Part shown: piece by piece, positions 1 through 13,149 of the stretch
Numbering within the stretch: the first letter of the stretch is position 1
How the letters are laid out: every line of letters begins with the position of its first letter
Origin: the human T2T-CHM13v2.0 reference genome, Homo sapiens
Assembly: GCF_009914755.1 (NCBI RefSeq)
Contig: NC_060929.1
Length of the DNA stretch: 64,000 nucleotides
Strand: one strand, 5' to 3'
Translations under genes and position numbers: made by a program
Notes under the pieces: model-generated
What the model was told of the DNA's origin: nothing
The model's input: only the letters and a program-made list of their open reading frames with translations
The model's database searches: none

Positions 1-56
1 ATTTTCATGAAAGAAGAGGGCAGAAGAGACTGTTGAGCAGGGAAAATTGTGCTGAA

Positions 57-195
57 TGAGGAATCAGAATACCCACGTTCTAGAGTCCCAATTCGGTTGT
101 ATGTGGTTATAGAACCTGGAAATTCACCCGATTATCTGAGCCTCATTTTTCATATTCCTAAAATTAAAGGATTTGTATAAATAATGTATAAGCTA
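57..195 (+). mobile_element. Degenerate MIR SINE fragment
   Basis: MIR core-like 'tctgagcctcatttttcatattcctaaaattaaaggat'. Confidence 0.5.
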
Positions 196-1205
196 TGATT
201 CATCCCATATAGTCTGTGGTTTTATTACTTTGGGATACAGTATAGAAGTCTGCAAGCTCTCTTCTAAAAATTTTCCTTAAGGTTCCATTTGTTTCAGTGC
301 TAAAGTTAATGTTTTCCCAATTTATTTGAAAAAAATATATATTAAGTTTTTCCAATTCAATGTTTTCTTTGAAAATCTTTCTCAAAATATCGGTAACTAC
401 CACTACCTATTTATATGAGAATAAAATACAAGTGTTACCTGATTTAGCATAGATCTTGGGTTTAGATATTTTTAGTTTAATACACTATGATGGCTAAGAG
501 GTGCTCTACACCAAATCTGTCAGGTAACACTGTTCTGGTTTACTCTCTTATTCCCTGTCTGTGCCGAGCAAATATCTGAACTTCTCAGGGACTCATGTCT
601 TCGTCATCAACTGGTTCATTCTAATAACAACCTAGCATTTCATATAACAGCACATACTCAGTGGGTTTACTAGGGAATTCAAACTCAGGACATCAAGGAA
701 ATAGGAGAGTCCCCAAGGCACTTATAAGGTGAAGAGTTGGGGAAAGGGAACAGGTATTTATAGTACCTTTCAAAACATACAAACAAGGTTGTAGCTGATA
801 ACTGCTAGACTTGGTAGAAAAAGTAATTTTGGATAATATTTTGTGTTCCAAGGAAATTATACAAACCAATAACTAAGTCTCTTGTGAAAAAAAAAGTGAC
901 CAAATCTTGCAAGGCAAGTCTGTATGCTGAGGAAGGTTTCTTATCAATCGTAATTTATTTGCTATAGGAAGTAAACTTTCTTCAGCTAATCATAATTGTC
1001 CACTAACTTTCCATTGTTACTTAACTATTTCTTAGGTAAAACATTTGTAACTTGTAGAAAATAAATATTATTTCTATCATAATGAGCAAGTCCCCATACT
1101 AGTACATAACATACTTTTACAATAAATATGTGCATCACAGAAATATTCTGAGTTGAAAAGCTCTGATTGATATACCTAAGGATTTGCCTATGACTGTTTT
1201 TATGT

Positions 1206-1234
1206 ACACACACACAAAAAAACACACACACACA
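1206..1234. repeat. Interrupted (CA)n microsatellite
   Basis: acacacacac aaaaaa acacacacacacac. Confidence 0.85.
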
Positions 1235-1319
1235 CTCCACATTGAAACAAGACTGTGCCAAAGTAAGAATGTTATAAGCAAAGTTTCATTTTTCCTGATC
1301 TTAAAAAACCTGAGAACCA

Positions 1320-1638
<319 letters not shown>

Positions 1639-3668
1639 AAAAAACCTGTGAACCATCTCAAAGATAATTTGAGGAATTGGCAGATGATGGAGTTCTAAGG
1701 ATGTAGAACAGTTTCCCCTCATGTCTTGAGGCCCAAAACCTACAATTGATACTCTGATGAAAATGTCTGTTCTGTAGACATCCTGACATCTGGAGGATGA
1801 GCAAAGGAAAGGTGTCAGGGAAAGCATGGTTGGAGACACAGGAAAAAAAAACCCTGGGCATACCATGTCATCAGTTCCAAAGGAAGAAAAATTATAAGTG
1901 GAAGTGGTAGTAAATCATGTTGCATATTGCAAAGAGAATTTGCAGGTTTCCTGAGAATTCTCAATTGATTGGTCATAGTGAGAGCCAGATTATAAGTACC
2001 AAGGGATCATGTCACAATTAGGAATTAGCATAAAGTGATGACTTTAACAAATTTATCGTATATATGGAGAAAAAAATTACTGCAGAATTAGAAGAACATA
2101 GCCTTATCAAATTGCAAAATGGCATCATGGTTTCAGTAGCTCATGAGGTTTGTTTATGTTTATAATTCTGTTTGAATACATATCTTTTTCTCATGTATAA
2201 ACTATTTTTCTCCAATCAATCAGGCTTCTGAGAGCTCTAGATTTCAAATGTGACTCATGATGTCATTTCATCAGCCACTGATGCTTTCCTGAATTTGGTG
2301 ATATCTGTGGCAATCTTTCATCTTCTGTATTCACAGTGTCAGGTGGTCTTGGCCATTCTGCCATACAACTGTCGGGGGAGGCAAGTTCACCTCTGACCTC
2401 AACTCTTTCTCTTTGGTGTGGGTAGACTATGGGCAGGATACTGCTATTTTCATACATTTCTTATAGTCATAGCTGTCTTTCACATGCATCACTGAAGAAA
2501 CTACAGATATGTTTTATTATTTCAGTATTGTGATTCTACTTGACAGAGACAAAAATTGCCCTAAATCATTCCTCTTTGTTTTGTTTTGGATTCTTTGATG
2601 CCCATTCTGTAAATTCAAGGCAGACAGAAGACACTACTCTAGCAATCTAGTTTACTTCAACTATTTGACCTGAGAACATGTCCTGCCTATTCACTAATGA
2701 TGGATCTAGATGAGATTTCCCTCTGATTTTCAGACATGATCGTGCTATAATTATTTAACTCACAGTATGTATTCAGTGATTGCTTTTGTTTTTAATATCA
2801 ATTAATTTTGTGGATATTCCTTTAAGAGGCCTAAAATAATAGAGTGGATTGCTGAACATTTCTCTCAAAACAAGATTTTCTTTAAAACTCATTGCAAGAC
2901 ACTTTTCTTTATTCCTTTGTAAAATATCGTGCTTTTTTTTTTCAGCTACATAAAAATAACCAGTCAGTGTTTTCCAAAAAGCTCTATGGAAACTTTCTAT
3001 GATGTCTTTTCAAGAATATGTTCAAAACATACAATTCTTTATTTATTTTGTCTTATTAAAGTTTCTTCATGTTCATGTCATACATTTTTTTCAGGGTTTC
3101 TTGAGACAACATTTTTTAGAGTAAATGCTAGTTCTGATTATTAAGGCGCTTGCCAGCTATACTTTTTTTGCGGAAATACAGACAGTAGTGGACACTTAAG
3201 CAAAACTATTTTGCTACTAGTCATTGACTAGTCTCTTGGGCCTCGGATAATAACATATTCTGCTTTTTTTGTAGTTAAGTGAACATGTGCACATATATAA
3301 ATTTACTCTTTGAACTTTTTTGAGGATATTTCTTTAGTCTTCTCTGGCTTTGTGAGGTGAGTTATGTGGTCTTGTCACCTTCTAGCTTGCATGCAAGTGC
3401 AGAATGGAGAGTTCTGAATATTTATTTACAATGAAGTAATAATTTTTCTGGACATTCTTTTACATAACATTATATGAACTTTTTCTTTAGTTTTAATTTG
3501 CTAATAGTCTCTAAGAATATAGAGTAGTTATTGTTTTTGGCAAAAAGAATGTACAGTATGATATATTGGAGACATGGTAAACAAGGTTGAATCAACGGTA
3601 AAAATTTTAATGACCAGTATTTTAATTTTCTGTATTTTAGTTTTAGATGTTTTAATAGGCTTTAACTT

Positions 3669-4108
3669 TGTATCAGCCAAGAAAATGGTAGGAAACATCA
3701 TTCACCAGATGGCTCAAATAAAGAGACAAGAAATTAATTACAGAGGTGTGAGAGGAGCAAAGGAGCAAACAAAGAAATAGTGAAGATCCAGAGAATAGCA
3801 ACAGTGGAAAGTTGTTAACCTGCTAGGACCTGAACAGAAGGAAAAAGTGTTACTAGAGTCCAGTGACTACTAGAACTGTGGAAAAGGAAACCAAGAGGCA
3901 GATGAAGCTACTGCTAGACATACAGTGTGAATGCAGGTAGGAACTGGAAAATAAGCTATGGCTTTCTTCTCTTCCCATGGTCTCATCTCCCTCCAATGCG
4001 TCCCATTGGTTGACCTTGACCAGACGCCAACTAACAAGGGAGACCAGTTGATAAGTAGTAAAGGGGAGGAGATGGATTTGGGAAGACAAAAAAGAATAAT
4101 CACCAACA
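3669..4108 (-). mobile_element. ERVL solo LTR, LTR33-like
   Basis: TG...CA termini with ACTT on both sides; motifs 'agcaacagtggaaagttgttaacc' and 'cccattggttgacc...aagggagaccagttgat' resemble LTR33. Confidence 0.65.
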
Positions 4109-4664
4109 ACTTTTAGGGATAAAAGCATCTTTAATTACAGTAGTAGTTTTATTTCTTTTTACTGTAGTTTCAGCAGCAATACCATAGATTGAGGAGTAGG
4201 TGTGCCAATATATAAACAAACCAATATGACAAAAATGACTAAAATTCATTTTAGATTTCACACAGTTATTAATTAGCTCTATTGTATTTCTACAGGATTT
4301 AAACACCTTTATATTATTGGTTTTAAAAAACATTGTGTTAATTGTCTGAGCTCTTTTTTTTCCAAACAATATCCTATAAAAAGTATCTCTATTAAAGAAG
4401 AAAACTGGAGATGGCTAGTTGAAATAGCAGTCTGTAGTCACTCTCCTCAAACACATTTTTCTAGCCCTTATCCTAGAAAAGCCTCTAAAGATCCTATTGG
4501 GAACCCCTGGACTCCAGGAAACTCATTTTGAGATACTTCGTTTTATATGAAGAAATTATAAATGGAATTTTATATTCCTTTTTAAATACATCTGTGGAAA
4601 GAAATGCTATGTCTTTAGTTTGTAGAAATGGGAACTATATTAAGACAGTTTCCTTAAGTATTCT

Positions 4665-4666
<2 letters not shown>

Positions 4667-4701
<35 letters not shown>
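4667..4701. repeat. (CA)n microsatellite
   Basis: About 17 CA units. Confidence 0.95.
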
Positions 4702-4703
<2 letters not shown>

Positions 4704-4721
4704 TACACTCACCAAAAATAA

Positions 4722-4890
4722 CAAATAAAAGGACATAAGGAAACTTTTGGAGGTGATGGACATATCTATTACTTTGATTTCTGGTGATGGTTTCACAGGT
4801 GTATGACTATATCCATCATCAAATTGTACACATTGAATGTGTGTAATGTATTGTATATTAATAATATGTTAATAAAGCTGTTAAAGAAAA
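4722..4890 (+). mobile_element. Old L1M (L1MC/ME-type) 3' end
   Basis: 'aggaaacttttggaggtgatggacatatctattactttgatttctggtgatggtttcacagg...aataaagctgtt'. Confidence 0.75.
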
Positions 4891-5109
4891 GGGAACATTT
4901 TAGTGTTATACTCAAGATGGGACAGCCTTGTTTCTCCCATCTTTTCTTTAATATGGAGTCTGTCATTGATAGTTTCAAGACTGAAGGTTAATGTTTATAA
5001 TACGTGATATATAGAGAGTCTCTAGTGGGAAATATGAAGAATGTTTGATGGCTCCAGATTAGTTTATTCTCACCTCAAAACAAATTTGATCAGTCAACCG
5101 TTCAACTTA

Positions 5110-5260
5110 TTTCTTCATCAAACAAATATTTAATAAGCACCTACTCTGTGCCAGATTCTGCACTAGGCACTTGCAATATAGAAAGAACAAGAAAATGTTT
5201 CCTTCTCTTATAAGGATGACAATTCAGCAGGGAATACAGATGACATGTAGTAAGCAAATA
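5110..5260 (-). mobile_element. L2 LINE 3' end
   Basis: 'caaacaaatatttaataagcacctactctgtgccag' is the reverse complement of the L2 tail. Confidence 0.75.
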
Positions 5261-5524
5261 TGTACAAAAATAACTAAATACATTTATCATATGTGGTTAA
5301 AAATTATGGTAGATGTGTCACACTTAGTCGACACTTAAAAATGTCTACTTGTAATATGTGTTCATGTATGTACATCTCTGTGTATATACATAAAGGATAG
5401 ATATAGATGGACAATATAATGTGTATACTTTACAAAATTCTGATATATAACTATACACTTATGGTGGTGAGTGCTCAAGCAATTTAGCAATAGAAGAGCA
5501 CTCTAGGAGACATGGAAAACACTG

Positions 5525-6130
5525 GTCTTCAGAATAAGGTGTGAGGTCCTCAGTGTAATAGCCGAGGCCTTTGTTATCTGGCTCCAATCCATTTTCTCCC
5601 ATTACTGCTCCACCTACTCAAATAGAATTGATCTCCTGGATCTCCCTTATTCCCATCCTGTATTTATACCCTACCCTTATATGGTCTTGTTCTTTTTGTT
5701 CTCTCTGCCTGAGACTTCCTCTTTTATTTCTGCCTACCAAACAATGCCCTATTTTGAACTATTGCCTGACTAAAATCTTTATCAGCTCATTCAACTCCGT
5801 GAGTTCTTCACTGATCATTCAGCTAACAGTGATGCCCCTTGCTCTAAATCCCATAGGAATTAATCACATTTGTGGCTTATATCATATGTTATATTTAAAT
5901 TACTTGATTTTATGGTTTATACACTCATTCAGTAAATATGTAATAGGTGCCTCATGTGGGCCAGCAAGTAGCAAATATATCTTTGCTGCAAATAAGCTTA
6001 CACTTTTTCTCTTTGGTGAAATTTTGTTTCTGAAGAATAAGGTTATATTTATGTACCTTTGCAGTTATATTCAGAACAGACAAGATGTCTTGAATTTAAT
6101 AGTTGCTGAATAAAAATTGGTGAATGTGTA
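5525..6130 (+). mobile_element. Degenerate L2 fragments
   Basis: 'gaggcctttgttatctggctcc' and terminal 'agttgctgaataaaaattggtgaatg' resemble the L2 3' region. Confidence 0.5.
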
Positions 6131-7767
6131 AAGTGATTTCATTTAGCTGTTGGTGAATACATGTAGTGCTTTAGAATGTAAGAAGAGATTATACTAAAAG
6201 CTGCCATATTTTTCATCCTTATAAGCAACTATACCTCTTCCTACTATTTTCTATATGTAACATAAGCCTAGATTAAAACTACTGAAGATTTTACCTTTTG
6301 AAATATATGCTGAGTTAATCTTCACATATCTGCAAATTTCATATGGAGAATTATGAGAATAAATTAAAGCACATTGACATGTATTTTTTGAAAGAAAGAT
6401 ATTACTATTTTACTTTGCATTATATAAATAAATATGGCAAAAGTTTTTTGGGAAAGCTTCAGTATTTCAATAGCCCAGTTCACCGCTTTATGATCTGTCT
6501 GTATACACAGTGGTTCAGTTATTCCTCCATCGAAGCTGATTCCAATGAATGCCCTATAGAAAGAAGAAAGAAGAAAGAATAGAAAGGAGAAGTAGATATT
6601 TCAAATTTTGCTTAACTCTGCTGGCAGTTTTCCATGATGTCAGCCGTATTTTCTTTTTGCTCCAATGCAGGAGTTCATGGGGCTTATTTCTATGTCTCTT
6701 TAAACCTGTTCTCAAGCCATGATGCTGAAGATCCCCCCAAATACATGGCGGACCTCATTCGAGTTGTAAAGCAAATTTTTCAAAACAGGATTTTATATCT
6801 TTATTTTTCTTTGCAGTTGATGTGGCTCTGAGTTGCGTTCTGACTGAGCTCCTGAAAAACAGTACTGAGAAGCTGTCTATAAATAAGTAGTTTTGTTTAC
6901 AGGAACTTACTGGGGAACTGGACTTGTACCACCTGCCATTTGGCCAATGTTGAGAAGTGAGAGGAAGGGGTTTCAGATAATTCAAATCAGCCAATCTACC
7001 TCAATGGAGGCTACCTTCTTTTTCTTATTGTTCTAAACTAGGTGTACATACCTTTTCCTAACTAATACACCTTAGATTAGAGCTATCAAGCAATGTTCTT
7101 TTACTTTCTCCTATTATACCTGGCCCTCTCTTCTTACAAGCTTTCTAAGAATGTATTTCCTTTGCCTATTGTGTCAACTAAAAGAGAATTGGGTAGGATG
7201 AGAAGAACTACATGAAAATAAACTGCCTAGATTTATGAAAATAAATATATGCAAAGTTTTACACTTACCCAAAATTCTTAATTTAAGCCAGCTAAGAAAC
7301 TTCAATTCTGTGGGCTAGTGGCAAACTGGAGTCCATATGGAGTTTCTCAATTGGTCTTTCGAGTAGGTGGAATATAAATATCATGACAGCATTTCTGTCA
7401 TGTCCCTTCCGTGGTCAGAGATGCTGTCTTTTCTATCTTGTTGGCCCAATGAATGGCGTGTCATGACAGAAATCATTAGTGAATTTTGTTTAATGAGGTA
7501 GCCACTCAGCTGATAAGTAACTAAAGCCAGACACTTGTTTCCTGAGATGGGTTTTGTATAAACCTAAAATGCCATTAGAAGAGGGAGGCAATTCTATTAC
7601 TAATTTAAGGCTCACTTAAAGCTTGCTATTAAGGCAAATAAGAAATGAGTAGGCAAAGTTTTCTGTACATTCTGTAAAACATAAAGTAATATGAGGTAAT
7701 TGGAAGATAGTCTGAAAAAAAAGCCTATCATTCTCTCCAAAATTTTACCCATTTCACCCACACTTAC

Positions 7768-7807
7768 CAGTGTCATAGCCCACGCTGACTCCGATGGCTG
7801 AGAACAT
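7768..7807 (-). other. Candidate 40-nt internal exon of an unidentified transcript
   Basis: Minus strand reads ttcttcatcttacag|ATGTTCTCAGCCATCGGAGTCAGCGTGGGCTATGACACTG|gtaagtg; GC- and CpG-richer than the flanks. Confidence 0.4.
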
Positions 7808-10069
7808 CTGTAAGATGAAGAACTAGTACTGTATTCTGAGTCACATATCCTATTTTTATTTTAAAGCCTATTTAGAGCTTGGCTACTATTAGGCTTGTCC
7901 TAATTTTCCTCAGTTACTGTGATTTTGATTACTTGCAAAATATACACTAATAGAGACTGTTTTTAGTGGATGCCTAGGATTAGAGAAATAAAGATAAGTT
8001 AGCTTGTAAGTCAAAAATTTAAATAGACTTAAAAATATAGGAAAAGACAATTGTATTTTGTTTCTTAAATGCCAAATATAATTATTAAGAAATTTTCAGA
8101 AGATGTCATCTATTAATACAAACAACAGAAGAATTGAACTGAAGATCTAGCCACTGCTCTGCTCATCACTCTGTTTTCATTAGCAATTATAAGGAAGTAG
8201 ATCCAGAACTAGAGATGCATGATAACAAGACATTGGTGCAGTAACCAGTACTTTCAGACATCACCACAAAAACAAAAACTCAGTATTTCACAACCCTGTT
8301 GCATTGGCAATGTCACAATGCTACCTCGGGCAAGGATGTTGTCTCTTTTTGGGGTAAAATAGAGTTCCTTTTTCCCTCCCACAACCTTCTCCTGTAAATC
8401 ACTTTTCTTAAAGGACAAACCTAAAGTTTCTTGGTTTCAAAATCACACTCATCATGGTGAGGGAAATCCGGCTCATGCCAATTAGAAAGTCAGCTTAATG
8501 TGTTTGCTTAGCTACGGAGAGTGATTAAGGGCACCGTTCCCTGGCAAACTACTTGTGGGTTCAAATATAAAAAGCCTTAAAAACACAATCCTAAGTGGTT
8601 TACTAATAACACAATTTACATCACTCTTGTATATTTTCAAAAAAAGAACATTACACCATAGTTTAAAATTTTAGAAAATGTATTAAGCCCACGGTGCTGT
8701 CATTGTATTCACTGAGGATGGCAAATTTCATCACACAGCCTCTCCTTGTCAATATATGCTTCTTGCCCTAATCATTATAAAACTCTTTTGGGGCCCCCCT
8801 TTCTCACCTAACAAATGCTAAGTGAAATGGAGAATTAATACATTTAGAAATTTAATTGAGGTTAAAAGACATCCTAAAACATACTCCAGACTTTCACCTT
8901 GAATATTTAGTGGGTTTTGTTTTTACACTTGAATTAAATAGGTAATAGTTTAAGTGCAGCTCCAATGAAGTGAAAGGCCAAAAAAAGTGGTCATTTTTCA
9001 TTTCTGGCTACGAATATAATTCTATAGGAAATTTCTACTAGCCATGATGCTTATAAAATTAAAATACAATGGAATATACACAAATGGCCAGCATCTGGGA
9101 TCGTAATCTGCACCTTCGTGGGGTGGTGAAGGCTGCAAAGATCATGAGAGGAGGAGAAGAATTTAGGGCTTCCTATCATCAATTCAGGCAGTAAGTCCTG
9201 AGCAGTAACTCTGGAAAGTCACTGCCATAGAATCACCGTGGTAATAATGTGTCTTGTTTTGGGCAAACTTGTCAACTTATGAAGAGAAAAGAGAAGTCTA
9301 TAAAGGGCTGGCAATTTAACTTTAATATTCAACAAATGGCAAGCTGCAAATATGAAGAGAATCTTCCTTGTTTTCTTGTTTTTCCAATTGTGTTTATATA
9401 TTGATGATAATATCAACATAACATTCATTTTATAATGTAAAGCATTATGTCATAAATATTACATATATGGTACTAGCGATATATTTTCAAAAGTTTCCCT
9501 TTAAAAAGAACTATGATTCTTATAATATGTTAAAAAATAAAGAACAGGCTACAGATATATCCAGGACACATTGCAGTATCAAAGATTTCAATCTAATGAA
9601 AATTTTTTGTTTATCTTGCTTCATTACATTCTCTAAGAATTTAATTTCCAAAGAAAGGAACAACTATTAAGATTTTTAGACTTTTAATGAAATTATTGTT
9701 GATTTACCTGCGTTGGGATAAACCATACGACAGAAGAATAGAGAAACAGATAATTATGGGGAGGTTCCTTTATGTTTGAAAAAAATTCATTCCTTAACAG
9801 ATAGCAGAATGAAAGCATTTTCTTTGCTCTGGCATGTTTTCCAGGAATTCTACTAGTGCATGTGGAGAGAAACATGGCTGCTGCATGGAGTCATAAACCT
9901 CAGAGGAAGCTGAGAATGAGATGAAATGTATATGTAACCCTTGTGTATGGCAAGTTTGGCAAGAAAGAAAAAGCATACTTGGCAGATTAAGATAAGGTTT
10001 CTCTCTGTTTACTGATATAGTCTCAGGTTTGCATTGTGTGATGAATAATAGGTTGGGGGAAGATATCCT

Positions 10070-10190
10070 TTGTTTATTCATTCATTTCATCAACAAATAT
10101 TTAATGAGTACCTACTATATGCCATGCCACAAAGAGTATAAACCTAGAGACAGAATGTTGAGTCACATAGACAGTGCTCCTGATACAATT
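10070..10190 (-). mobile_element. L2 LINE 3' end
   Basis: 'ttcattcatttcatcaacaaatatttaatgagtacctactatatgcc'. Confidence 0.75.
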
Positions 10191-11036
10191 ATTTGAACTG
10201 AGTTAACAATACTTCAAGGTTCCATGTCTAATTTACTGGCTAGGTTCTCAACAAAATTTCTGGATAAGTTATTTGGCAATAGATGAACTTCAAATGAATC
10301 TCTTATCTTCATTATCACACAGAATGAGTTGTCTGGAATATTGGAAATTCACTGTGCTGTCCAAATTTTCTAAAGCTATACTTTGTGAAATCCCCAAACA
10401 ATATGGATACATACTTGTCTCGTTCTGCTCTTTGCACCTACAATTGATACATTAAGTGTGCTATTTGCTACTTGTTTAAAGATTTGTGCATGTGTGGACT
10501 TTTTTGTGTATTAACCACAAGTAATGTTTTAAATTGCTATTGAGAAATAATGTGAGAAAAATATCTCACGTAGAACCTCATGCAGAGAAAATGTTCAATA
10601 AATGATTTTTTCCAATGATTAAACTATACTATTTATACATTTTTCTAAATGTACAAATAGTACATTTGTAGTGTGAACTACAAATAAATATAGTGTGAAC
10701 ATCAAGGACGAGGAACCAAGGGAGGAGTGATTTGTGAGTAGTCATCTGAGGTCATCTAGGGAGACCACTGCCCATATCAAGAAATTCTACTTCAAGAGAA
10801 AGTCAGCATTTAGGTGTTTGTCTTGGAGAGGGTATCTAAAGTCAAGAGTTAACTACCAACAGTTGTTGTTAAGTGAAGAAACAATTGCTTCTTTCTTCTA
10901 AGTCCACTTCTGCTTTAACTCTCAAGGAGTGAGGGGTAGAAATGATTGCGGGAGGAGGAGGAGTCAGAGAGTAGATTAGTTCCTCCACACCTGCCACATG
11001 TCCTTCTGTCCACTGATCAGGCCTAAATTTCTGGGA

Positions 11037-11204
11037 CAGATGAATCCAGTTTTTGTAGGGCCTTATGAAATTTGGAGAATGCTCTTTCAAAAGCAGAACA
11101 CAAAACATACAAATGCATCATTAGGTACAGGGTTTGTAAGAGGCCCTCCAAGTTCAGAGTTCTGAAGCTTAAAATTCATTATCTTTGCAGGAAAACTAGT
11201 TCTT
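11037..11204 (+). mobile_element. hAT non-autonomous DNA transposon, MER53-like
   Basis: 'atccagtttttgtagggcc...ttaggtacagggtttgtaagaggccc...tgaagcttaaaattcatta' resembles MER53. Confidence 0.65.
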
Positions 11205-12097
11205 ATGGGAGTAAGGAAAAGAGCCATGAATTAGATATGATATTGACACCTGTGTTTAATAGAGACTGAATTTTTAAATATCCAGCCTCCTCTCTCTCTT
11301 GCTCTCTTTATCTCTCTCTCTCATCATCATTGACTTATCGTGTGTTCTAACAACTGAAAGTGATTGGAAATCTAAGATATGCCCAAATTATTGTCAAATA
11401 GCACAGAAAGCAGATCTGTCATAGAATATTAAAAGGCAATGGCTAGGGAACAATAAAGTCACTTCCTGCCTGTACCCTGAAACCATTTAATATCCTCAGC
11501 TCTAATTCTTTGTAAATTAGGAAAAAGAAGAGTATTTTATAATTACTTTAAATTAAACTCATTAATTAGAAGATAATCAATTACAGATAAATAATTAAAG
11601 ATAAAAATACTCCCTTTGGGTGCAATAACTTCAGTCTCTGGGTGTGGACAAAAGTGCCAGAGGAATAAGTACCAGAAGGTATATTGTTAGAGCATAGGTC
11701 TAGCTTCATTTTATTTTTCATCTCATGGAGGAAGTAACTCCTTTGCCTGAGCTAGCTTGAGTCTTGTCAGAACAATTTCAGTTCTGAATAGGAATTTTTG
11801 TTTCCAAAAAAGGAGTCCCAGGTTTGCATTCTTAGAAAATTAAAAGGGATTATGACCAGACACATGATATCTTGTAATATTTGACTCTTCATTCTAGTAC
11901 CATTTTTCCTCTCTATATTTCAATGAGAACATAAAAAGTCCAGAAACAACTGTCTAGAAACTGATGCATTAAATTTGTGGGAATTTCTGGGAGTAAATAA
12001 ATGAAGCATTAGAAGTTTGGCTAATGGCTGTCAAAAATGTTTGGATGAATAATATTTAGAAAATTGATTTGTGAGATTCTGTTATCAGGAAATATAT

Positions 12098-12738
12098 ATA
12101 TAATACTTTAAGTTCTGGGATACATTGCAGAATGTGTAGGTTTGTTACATATGTATACACATGCCACTGTGGCTTGCTGCACCCATCAACCCGTCATCTA
12201 CATTAGGTATTTCTCCTAATACTATCCCTCCCCTAGCCACCCACCCTCCAACAGGCCCTGGTGTGTGATGTTCCCCTCCCTATGTCCATGTGTTCTCATT
12301 GTTCAACTCCCACTTAATAAGTGAGAACACGCGGTGTTTGGTTTTCTGTTCCTCTGTTAGTTTGTTGAGAATGATGGTTTCCAGCTTCCTCCATGTCCCT
12401 GCAAAGGACATGAACTCATCCTTTTTCATGGCTGCATTGTATTCCATGGTGTATGTGTGCCACATTTTCTTTATCCAGTGTATCATTGATGGGCATTTAG
12501 GTTGGTTCCAAGTCATTGCTATTGTGAATAGTGCTGCAATAAACCTATGTGTGCATGTGTCTTTATAGTAGAATGATTTATAATCCTTTGGGTATATACT
12601 CTGTAATGGGATTGCTGGGTCAAATGGTATTTCTGGTTCTAGATCCTTGAGGAATTGCCACACTGTCTCCCACAATGATTGAACTAATTTGCACTCCCAC
12701 CAACAGTGTCAAAGCATTCCTATTTCTCCACATCCTCT
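12098..12738 (-). mobile_element. 5'-truncated primate L1PA (end of ORF2 plus 3' UTR)
   Basis: 'tactttaagttctgggatacat...' 3' UTR; ORF 12280-12675 translates to the L1 ORF2 C-terminus (EIPFDPAIPL...TWNQPKCPS). Confidence 0.96.
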
Positions 12739-12879
12739 GCTTTATAGCATCCTCTGCTTTATAGGTGTTAACCTATATTGTTTTAAGGGTTCATTGACTG
12801 CCTAATAAATATCTTCTCAAACTCTGGACAAAAACATTCTCAAAAAAAGTATATGTTCCTTTCTCTGTCCCTAGACAAT

Positions 12880-12990
12880 AAACCGCTTGAGGATAAATCT
12901 GTGTGTATATTACTTGTGAGTCCTCAGAGCCTACCACATTGCTTGGAACATAATAGGCACCCATTTATATTTTTAAATAAATGAATGGAA
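12880..12990 (+). mobile_element. L2 LINE 3' end
   Basis: 'cagagcctaccacattgcttggaacataataggcac...taaatgaatg'. Confidence 0.65.
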
Positions 12991-13149
12991 TCATCAAATC
13001 TACTACCAAAGTGGTATGTTGGAAAAATGTTATTAATAATTAAGGTGGATAACAGGGAAGGAAGATTAGTACGTGGTTCTACTTCTGACTTCATATAACT
13101 GCCTGAATGTCCATTTTAGTAGTTGTCAAAAATTCAGTTAAACTGTTTT

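Noticed and set aside
2263-2457. 64-aa minus-strand ORF in unique DNA
   Set aside because: Short with no recognisable homology; only a modest nearby acceptor, so it cannot be supported as coding.
5571-6113. 180-aa hydrophobic ORF
   Set aside because: TTG start, overlaps decayed L2, composition reflects T-rich DNA, no recognisable domain.
12280-12675. L1 ORF2-like ORFs (also 36434-36941, 41319-41516, 52477-52866, 63426-63632)
   Set aside because: Fragments of truncated, decayed L1 copies; not functional CDS.
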